A stretch of DNA of 54,211 nucleotides, the filler included, from Diploschistes diacapsis (lineage: Eukaryota), in assembly GCA_023645945.1 (NCBI GenBank). It is 4 parts of 4 records of this genome, joined end to end, with 100 filler letters (N's around TTAATTAATTAA, not from the genome) between each part and the next. Parts side by side here need not be neighbours in the genome. Positions count along the whole stretch, not along the records: positions 40,738 to 54,211 come from JALAIB010000659.1; 3 more parts are not named here. One strand, written 5' to 3'. The notes under the pieces were generated by a model that saw nothing but the letters and a program-made list of their open reading frames with translations, searched no databases and was not told the origin of the DNA. The position numbers and the translations under genes were made by a program. Of the stretch, positions 44,782 through 54,211 are shown one piece after another (positions within the stretch are counted from its first letter, which is position 1; every line of letters begins with the position of its first letter).

Positions 44782-47700
44782 ATGCACACCGCTGATGGCG
44801 TTCACGGGGTCAACTCGGGAGCCCCTCTGAGCGCTCCCCGGCCTGATAAAGTACCGAAATATGTTCAAGACCCTATTGCCGTGGTAGGGATGGCCTGTCG
44901 TCTGCCTGGGAACAGTAATTCACCGCATGCTCTCTGGAAGTTCCTAGAACAAGGAGGTATTGCAGATAACGAAGCCCCAGCAAGCCGTTTCAACCTCAAA
45001 GGCCACTTCGATGGCTCCAGGCGGCCAAAAACGATGCGGTCCCCAGGAGGGATGTTCTTGGAACACATAGATCCTCAAGAGTTTGACGCTCCTTTCTTCG
45101 GGATCTCTAAAGCCGATGCAATAGCCATGGATCCTCAGCAGCGTCAGTTGCTAGAAGTTGTCTATGAATGCCTCGAAAATGCTGGAGTCACCATGGAAGC
45201 CATTGACGGAGCGCCAATCGGTTGTTTTGTGGGCTCTTATGGCGTAGGTATGTATATATGGGGACATGAACCCTATATCTGTCAGACTTCAGCAAGTTCC
45301 TGGCTTACCATATCGTTAGACTATGCCGACATGCAAGCTCGAGATCCCGAGGACCGGGCTCCGTCGGTGACTATTGGCATAGGTCGGGCAATTTTGAGTA
45401 ACAGAATTAGTCACTTTTTCAACATCAAAGGTCCAAGGTGCGCGCATCTCGTATCTCACTCAATCGAGGAAATAGATCCAGCTGGCTAAGCATTCAAGTA
45501 GTATGACCATTGACACCGCTTGCTCTGGAAGCTTGGTCGCAGTCGATGTTGCATGCAGATATCTGCAAACCCTTGAGATTGACGGCGCTGTGGTGGCAGG
45601 GGGTAATCTATATCTGAGGTGATTTGCTGCTCATTTACATGCCCTGTTTACTCAAAACCTAACATCAGAAAATAGTCCAGAGCACAATCTCGACAGTAAG
45701 TGAAGTCGGATCTAAGTCGGATCTAAGAGAGAGTGGGGCGGGTGTCGGACAAAGTTCGTTCCTTCGCTAACTGGATTAGGCGGAGCTATGAAGGGTGCGT
45801 CGTCGCTTTCGGGTAAATGCCACACCTTCGACGTCAAGGCCGACGGATATATTAAGGCAGAAGGCGTGAACGCTGTCTTGCTCAAGCGATTGAGTGACGC
45901 AATTCGGGACAAGGATGTGTACATCTTTTAGGTCCTTTGTGTGGGCTGACTACAGTGCTAACTTGAAGCTAGAATCCGCGCTGTCATCCGGGGAACTGCG
46001 ACAAACAGCGATGGCCGAACACCAGGAATCGCGAGTCCAAGCGCTGAGGCGCAAGCGGTCGCCATCCGAGCAGCATATGCGAATGCAGGACTGACTGAAT
46101 ATAATGAAACCAAGTACCTGGAATGCCACGGCACCGGGACTCAGGTATATGCCCTACATCATCTCCTGTTTAGTAGGATATTCGTCTGATTCTTAGGTTT
46201 AGGCTGGCGATCTCCAAGAAGTGCAAGGAATTGCATCAGTTTTCTCCCATGCGAGGCCACTCGATGAGCCGCTCATCATCGGATCTGTAAGTAGACCTTA
46301 TCAAAACTGCCAGCTTACGCACCCAGATGCAGTTGATGCTGATACTATATTGCCATGAACGTAGATCAAGAGTAATATTGGACATTCCGAACCGGCCGCC
46401 GGGATTTCGGGCCTGCTGAAAGCCATTCTAATCGTCGAGAATGGTATCATCCCAGGCAATCCTACTTTTATTACGCCTAATCCCAAAAGTATGTGAACCT
46501 TCATCGCGCAGTCGAACGACGGTGATGGTCTCTGACGTTCTATAGTCGATTTCCATAACCTCAGAATTCAGGCAACCAGAACAGCGATACTCTGGCCTAG
46601 GGGGACGATCCGCCGCGCAAGCGTGAACTCTTTCGGCTATGGCGGCTCCAACGCGCATGTGGTGGTGGAGGAGCCAAAGATGCTCGTTCCGGAGTCCGCT
46701 CTGATACATAAATCATCTTATGCGTCGACAGAGAATTTCTTCGATGACGATGACGTCCCAGTCTCACCAAGCCCTCATGTGCTGGTCTTTTCTGCCAATA
46801 AAGAAACTTCGTTGCAATCATATATACGGGCTATTCGCAAGCATTTACTCGACCCGAATGTTAAGATTCAGCTGCCTGATCTTGCGTATACTCTGTCTGA
46901 GCGCAGGACCCGTCACTTCAATCGCGCTTATTTTGTTGCGAGGAACCTGGACCTGGACGAGGCCTCCATCTATTATGGTAAAAAAGGCAATGAGGCTCCC
47001 CGGGTTGGATTCGTTTTCACCGGCCAAGGAGCGCAGTGGGCCCAAATGGGCAAAGAGCTCGTGGACCTGTTTCCTAATGCCAGACTACTCCTTCAGCACT
47101 TCGATGATGTACTGCAGTCTTGCTCTATGCCACCATCGTGGTCTCTTCTAGGTAATGATTATACCACTTCTTCGATGCCACGGCTATGCTAACCTGGCAG
47201 ACGAGCTCACCAAACCCAGAAGCCCTGAGGCTCTTCGACAGCCTGAATTCTCACAACCTCTCGTGACTGCTCTCCAGTTAATTCTACTAGCAATTCTTCG
47301 AGAATGGGGAGTCATGGGAGTGCACGGAGTTGTGGGCCATTCTTCGGGGGAAATAGCAGCGGCATATGCGGCTGGGCTACTGTCTCAGGAGGACGCGATT
47401 ATTGTTGCGTACTACAGAGGCCAGGCCGCTAAAATGTACGGCAGCGGCAACCCTACTGTTGGTATGCTTGCGGTTGGTCTCGGGGCTGATCAAGTCCGAC
47501 CCCACATTCAAGACTTTGAAGAGTCGGTTCAAATCGCTTGCTACAATAGCCCTACCAGCGTGACTTTATCCGGAAAGTTAGAAGATCTAGAGATTATCAA
47601 ATCTCGCCTCAGCGACGAGAGCCACTTTGCGAGACTACTTCAAGTAGACCTAGCCTACCACTCGAAGTTCATGGCAGACATAGGGAAAAAATACAGAGAG

Positions 47701-50700
47701 ATGCTCTCAAAAGATTTCTCAAGCCGGACACGCGATTGTGGAAGCATCAGCATGTTCTCGACCGTCCTCGGCCGTAAGATAGATCAGCCCGCTAACGTTG
47801 AATATTGGGTTGCTAATCTCATGTCTCCTGTCAAGGTAAACAACTCAATCTCAGTGTCACTAGCCCAAAGTAGCTAATGCCCGCTTAGTTTAATGAAGCA
47901 GTACGAGAGATGGTGTCGAACGAAAATGGTATTGATTTCTTGATCGAGATCGGTCCGAGCGGCGCACTGGCGGGACCCCTTTCTCAAATTATCAAGAGCG
48001 CCGGCGCCCATGCCGCAAAGACACAATACTGCTCTTCACTGAAACGGGGCCAGAACTCTGTGAACTCTCTTTTTGAGGTAGCGGGCAGGTTATTTGTTTC
48101 TGGCGGACAAGTGAATTTCTCAAAGGTGAACGCAGTCGGCGATGGCCCAAACCCAGCTCTCATAGTCGATTTACCGAACTACTCTTGGGACCACTCCATC
48201 AAGTACTGGTATGAAAATGACTCTAGTAAAGACTGGCGAAATAGGTTATTCCCTCACCATGACCTAGTTGGGAGCAAAATTCTTGGGACTTCTTGGCATG
48301 CGCCTTCATGGAGACAGATACTACGCCTCGAAAATCTGCCATGGCTTAAAGATCATAAAGTAAGTGCTCCAATTTCGCTTCTAGTTGTACAGTTTCTTAT
48401 GCCTTTAGATGGCTTCAGAGATTATCTTTCCTGGAGCTGGCTTCGTCGCACTTGCGGTAGAGGGGGTTCGGCAGAAACACCTGGCACTCAGCATTCTTGA
48501 GGGAACTAAAGCTATCGAAAGAGCAGCATTTCGAATCCGCGACGTTACCTTCCCCAAGGCTCTTGTTCTCACAGACGGCGAAGAGGGAACTAAAATCATG
48601 TTGAGCTTTGCCCCTGCTGCCAAGGCGCAGAATCTGTGGCACGAATTCAAAATCTTTTCCTTACTCGGCAACGTATGGACTGAGCATTGCCACGGATTGG
48701 TTCGCATTGAGGAAGATAAAGGAGAAAGTAAGTATGATTGGATACTTCTCTAAATACGAAAATCCTGACGACAGTTCAGTTGCTTCTGGAGCTTCTATCG
48801 CTCCACTCATGCATCCTGTGCCAGGACAACTATGGTATAAGGCTATGCATGATGCTGGCTACAACTTTGGACCTTTATTCCAAAGACAGCTTCAGGTGGA
48901 GTCCGTCTCTGGGAAGCGACACAGCCGCTCGACAGTATCGCTGGAGGAAGTGATATCCGAGGCTCCACAATCACAATATCCGATGCATCCTATCAACATT
49001 GATGGCTGTTTTCAGACCTGTGCTCCGTCACTCTGGAATGGGAATAGAAGCTCTGTCAACGCCGTTATGATACCAGCTATAATTGGTGAAATCCTGATCA
49101 CTTCGGCAGCAGCTTCAGCAAGCAAGGGTATTTCGGTGACCACGGCCAGGCACAACAGGTTGGGTCGAATTGAAGAAACCAAGAATTTCATCTCAGAAGC
49201 ATCCGTCTATGACCCTGATACTGGAAACTTACTTTTCCGAATCTCTGGCTTCCGATACCACAAGTTGGAGACAGGTGACAGTCCCTACGCGAAGCATACT
49301 TATAGTTGTCTTCGTTGGAAACCAGATATCACTCACCTAACACAGGAAGGCCTTGACAGCCTTCTGAAAACCTCGGCTGGCCCCAATGATGCTCAAGACG
49401 GGGTTCCTGGAGCCGTACAGGATGTTCTCGACTTATTTGCGCATAAGCAGCCTTCCCTTAAGGTCTTGGAGCTGAACATGATTCCAGGCGACGGAAAGGC
49501 TCTTTGGCTGCAAGCCAGTCCGTCTGATAAATCTGTTCGGGCTGCGTGTTCTCGTTATGCATATGTATCAATCGATGCCGCTTCTTTGATTAAAGTGCAA
49601 GAGAAGCACGAAACTTCGCCAAATCATGAATTCTTGGTGGTAGACATGGCGAGATCCATGGGTCCCTTCTCCGCTAATGATCCAGTGTTTGACCTCGCCA
49701 TCGTTCGCGTACCGTCGTCCACACCGCACTTTGCGAGTATCGTGGATAACGCTCGTACGCTATTGCGGCCCCGTGGCCAGATCATGACTATTTTGCACAG
49801 ACCAACTTCGATAGATGTGAACGGCGTTGCAGTTCATTTGGGAGTACAAATGACCAATGAGCATCTGCAGTCCAAGCAACATCCCGCAAATGGTCTTATA
49901 GTCCATACCGAAGATGGCACATCAAAAACGTCGAAGCAGCATAAGGAGCATTCGGAAAATGATATCCAGTTCCATACAAAGAATGGTACCACACATGCTG
50001 CTATACAATCTACAACACCCATTCCCAACGGTGTCAATGGCAATACTCATCATGAACCAGCACTGGAGCCAGCCAATACGCCCACTAATGGTACTAAGCA
50101 TACTCCATTACAATCCGAAACGCCTTTTATCAACAGCAATGGTAACGCCCACCAAGTACCAGCACCAGCGCCAGTATATGACACCATCAATGGGATCAAC
50201 GGTAACATAAGAGATGGCACCATTTGCGCGACTTTGAAAGCCCTTGCCAACGACACCAGCGGCAATGCCCTGAATGAATCACCCCCAGAACCAACGAACG
50301 GTGTTGTCAACTGCGATACTAGTCTGATGGAGGGGAGTATTGCAACTACTAGGCTGGAAAGCGCCAGTGTCAACGGCGATTGTTATGAGGAGCTAAAATC
50401 CCGTGGAGTGAAAACGAACTGCATAGCAGAAGCAAGGTCTCAGAATTACTTCAACGGCGGGGTGCATACAAATATACGGCACCTTCAATTTGCAGTATCG
50501 CAATGCTTTGAATCATTGACACTCTCGATTCTCGTCGATGACACCTTCCGTGAATCGGACAAAGTCGTCAGTGTGATTCACTTCAGTCCGCTTTTACCAG
50601 CAGCTCTTGATGTCATCGAACGACTTACAAACTTTGGATGGAGTGTCTCCTGTTATCCCGCTTATTCTGCTTTAGCTGAATCTAAAGCCGCTCGAATAGT

Positions 50701-53360
50701 CGTCCTAGACGAGCTTTCAACAGCATTGTTTCCAAATATGCAAGATGAAGGCTGGAAGGCCCTCAGGGACCTGACTCTGCTTGGAAAGCGAATCCTCTGG
50801 GTTACGAAAGGATCCCAGATGAAAGTCACCGATCCCGATAGAGCAATGGTTTTCGGGCTTGGACGTACGGTTCGTGCAGAAGATCCCAGCGTGAGCATAA
50901 CTTGCTTAGATGTTGAGAACGAATCTGGTCCTCAAACGTCTGCAGCCATTGATGGTTTGCTGAAGTCCCTTGATGGCCAGTCACCAAAGACTCGCATCGA
51001 AAATGAATACGTTGAAAGAAATGGAATCATTTACATCAGTCGCATACAACCTGATCATATTGTCAACACTGCTGAAAAGGGAAACGTCAGTGAAGAATCG
51101 TTTATGGAACGATCTCTCCACGACTGTGAAACACTAATTCGCGTGAGGTGCGAACGCTTGGGTCATGTTGATTCCCTAATCTACGCCGAAGTTGCGACGG
51201 AGGAACTACCCATCGGAGATAATTGTATCGAGGTTGAAATCGCTACGGCGGGATTGAATTTCAAAGACATTGCAGTAACCATGGGCATCGTTCCTGAAAA
51301 CCAATACCTCCTAGGACTGGAAGGAGCGGGCACCATTAGGCGACTTGGTAAAGCCGTTGATTCTTACAGCATTGGGCAGCGCGTCCTCGTCTTCGAAAAA
51401 GGCACATTTGCGAACAGAATCGAGGCTACCACGGAGCGTGTCCATGCGATTCCGGACTCGATGACCTTTGAGGAAGCAGCGACTCTTGCCAGCGTATACC
51501 TCACGTCCTTGTATAGCATCTTTGATCTGGCAAATACTCAGAAAGGTCAGAGCGTTTTGATTCATTCAGCTTCGGGCGGACTTGGGATCGCTTGCATTCA
51601 GATCTGCCAGTACATCGGAGCGGAGATATTTGTTACCGTAGGTACTAAGAAGAAACGACAATTTATTAAAGATACCTTCAGAATCCCCGACGACCACATT
51701 TTCAATTCTCGCACGACTGCTTTTGCTCCAGAAATAATGCGGTTGACAGAGGGCTACGGTATTGACGTTATCTTAAACTCGCTCACGGGCGATCTTCTTG
51801 ACGCGTCGTGGCGATGTATCGCCGAGGGAGGCACCATGGTGGAATTAGGCAAAAAAGATATGCTCGATCGTAAGAGCTTAGCGATGGAACCCTTCGGGCG
51901 GAACGCATCTTACAGGTGTTTCGACATGGCTCACAAACACGTCTCGGATACACTGATTGCTCGACTCTTGGCCCAGCTGTTTGATCTACTTGATAATGGC
52001 CATGTCAGACCCATCGATCCGATCCAAACGTTCCCTTTTGAAGAGATTCAGTCTGCTTTCCGATACATGCGCGGAGCAAATCATATTGGCAAAGTTGTTA
52101 TCTCTAATCATGGCAATAATGACATTAAAGTCTCTGTTCGTCCTGCCCCCACAATACTAAGGTTAAAGCACGATGCGTCATACCTCCTCGTTGGGGGGTT
52201 GAAAGGTCTCTGTGGAAGTCTAGCGATCGATCTGGCCCGTTCAGGAGCCAGAAACCTCGTCGTAATTTCGCGTAGCGGATATGGGGATGCAAGATCGCAA
52301 GGTATCTTGGAAAACATTTATTCTGAAGGCTGCAAAGTAGACCTTGTCCAAGGAGACGTCTGTTCTTTATATGATGTCAGAAAAGCTTTCAAAACAGCGA
52401 GCTTACCCGTCAAAGGAGTAATTCAGGGCGCAATGGTTCTGAAGGTAGATAATCTAATCTAAACGAGCAATCAGTGACTAACCTGGCTAGGACAAATTAT
52501 TTACCTCCATGACTATTGAAGAATATACGCAGGCCGTTCAGCCCAAGGTTCAAGGCACATGGAATCTCCATAATGTTGCCCTAGAAGAGGATTTGCAGTT
52601 GGACTTCTTCACCATGCTCTCAAGTGTTTCTGGCGTGGTCGGTCAAAAAGGGCAAGCGAACTACGCTGCAGCCAATGCATTCCTCGACTCTTTTGCATCT
52701 TACCGACGCAGCCAAGATCTAGCAGCCTGCTCAGTAGACTTGGGCGCAATCGACGATGTTGGTTATATGAGTGAGCACAAAGATATCCTTGCGACACTTG
52801 AGTCCGCAGCTTGGACGCCTATCAATGAAGCGCTTTTCCTGAGAATCGTCCGGGTTTCTATCCTACAACAGGTTGATACAATCAACCATGAGAGCGTTTC
52901 TCAGATGGTAACCAGTATTGCCGTTCCGCAGATGAAGGATTCTTACTTGATGGCTGATGCCCGCTTTAGCGGGCTCTGCTTCGGTTTCGGTAGCGAACTC
53001 GGGAGCAAATCCGATGGCAAGAGCAAGGCGATTCAGTCTTTCATGACGATGATCAAGGCCGGCGCTGTCACGTCAGGCCAGGGAAGCGTGGTTCAGGCTG
53101 CCGTTGAGATCTTGAACCATCAGTTCATCACGATTCTGCGACTCAGCGAACCAATGGAGCCGGCCAAACCACTGAGCTCGTACGGACTGGATTCGCTGGC
53201 TGCCGTCGAACTCCGTAACTGGGTTCGCACAGAGCTCGGAGTAGACATTACTGTCTTGGATATCACAAATGCGCCGAGCCTAGTCTCGCTCGCAGAGAAA
53301 GTTGTTAGTAGATTGGCAGCAGAAACAAACACAGACGGTACACAGAAGGAGCAGAATTGA
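44782..53360 (+). CDS. Iterative highly reducing type I polyketide synthase KS-AT-DH-(pseudo-MT)-ER-KR-ACP, many introns
   Basis: [173 protein letters not shown]. No TE or R domain. Confidence 0.96.
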
Positions 53361-53559
53361 TATTAGCCGTATTGGAAGCAGGCTTAGATGGTTGTCTTCT
53401 TTAAAGAGTCATAGACAGATAGAGCGCTTGGAAACCAATAAAAACTCATCTACCAGGCATTTGTTCGTCTGAGTAATCCAGTCAACGTACAAGACTCAAG
53501 ATAACTCCCTTGATAAACATCACGAAAAAATTTTCAGGCAAAAAGCTACGCTGTGCGCG

Positions 53560-54110
53560 AAACTGACAAAACCGGCGACCGATAATGCAGCGCCAAAACT
53601 TTTAACAAAACGTAACGAAACCAATAAAATATTATGATCCGAGATTCTCACCCAAGCACGTTTTAATATCAAATGTTTAGATAAATATAATTAATTAGTT
53701 ATATATGATGAAACGTTAGTATCACCGATCTATTCAATGGGAATGGTCTTACTTTTAATAATAACGTTTATCGTCGTTGTACAAATAATTTAATGTGTGG
53801 TTATGGGGCCTCGTACGGAACAGACTTAGTTTAAAAGCTCGTTTAAAATTTAGAAATTAAATTAAATATGGAAGCGCTCGATCTAGCGTAATTATATTAT
53901 AATGTAGTGTTCTGCTTGGTGGTGTGTTCCGTTTTGTGGTGAAATGTTGAGCAGACAGGCCGAAGGCATGGCTGAGAATTCAACTGAATTCCAGACGGAA
54001 GTTTAGTTTAATTGAACTCTAAGGTTCAGTTCAGCTGAACTTTTAAGATTTTAATTAAATCGATCGGGAATAATATTAATAATAAATGTTGAGTAGGCAG
54101 ACGGTGTTAT
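53560..54110. repeat. AT-rich, probably RIPped repeat remnant with degenerate GTTCAGCTGAAC-type motifs
   Basis: TpA-rich, no ORFs in the track; related palindromic motifs clustered at about 53976-54042. Family not identifiable. Confidence 0.4.
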
Positions 54111-54211
54111 GATCTCTATCTCTACAATGTAGACACGAGGTATTGATCAAGGTGGGTTTGGTCTCGTATAGAAGAGGAGTGCAAGTAAGAGAAAAAGGTA
54201 GAGCAGTTATA

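Noticed and set aside
27164..53360. PEX5, NNR2 or the NACHT gene as members of the PKS cluster
   Set aside because: They lie on a different contig, separated by an artificial spacer.

Overview
Fungal (Pezizomycotina-type, intron-containing, RIP-affected) DNA. The window is not one locus. It is four contigs (1-13488, 13589-27063, 27164-40637, 40738-54211; 13488/13475/13474/13474 bp, i.e. in descending length order) joined by identical artificial 100-bp spacers (N44-TTAATTAATTAA-N44), so adjacency across spacers is meaningless. Contig 1: a SAP/Tho1-like gene (partial), an orphan secreted Lys/Arg-rich protein, a 1554-aa protein with a C-terminal methyltransferase fold, a conserved hypothetical gene and mitochondrial ClpP (partial). 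Contig 2: a transposon graveyard (RIPped Fot1/pogo, hAT, Tad1-like LINE, second pogo), an intronless GH76 + ricin-B gene, a PIF/Harbinger MITE, the spindle-pole-body gene pcp1/pcpA and the left end of a Tc1/mariner. Contig 3: NAD(P)HX dehydratase (partial), a head-to-head pair of an AAA+ ATPase and a large NACHT (NLR-like) gene with a non-canonical C-terminus, and PEX5. Contig 4: AT-rich repeats (pogo end, a TRIM-like direct-repeat pair, a tRNA-headed SINE-like element), then a divergent cytochrome P450 / highly reducing PKS pair. The best novelty candidates are the AAA+/NACHT pair, the secreted basic repeat protein, the two-gene PKS-P450 unit and the small non-autonomous elements. All gene models were assembled by eye; no database search was possible.
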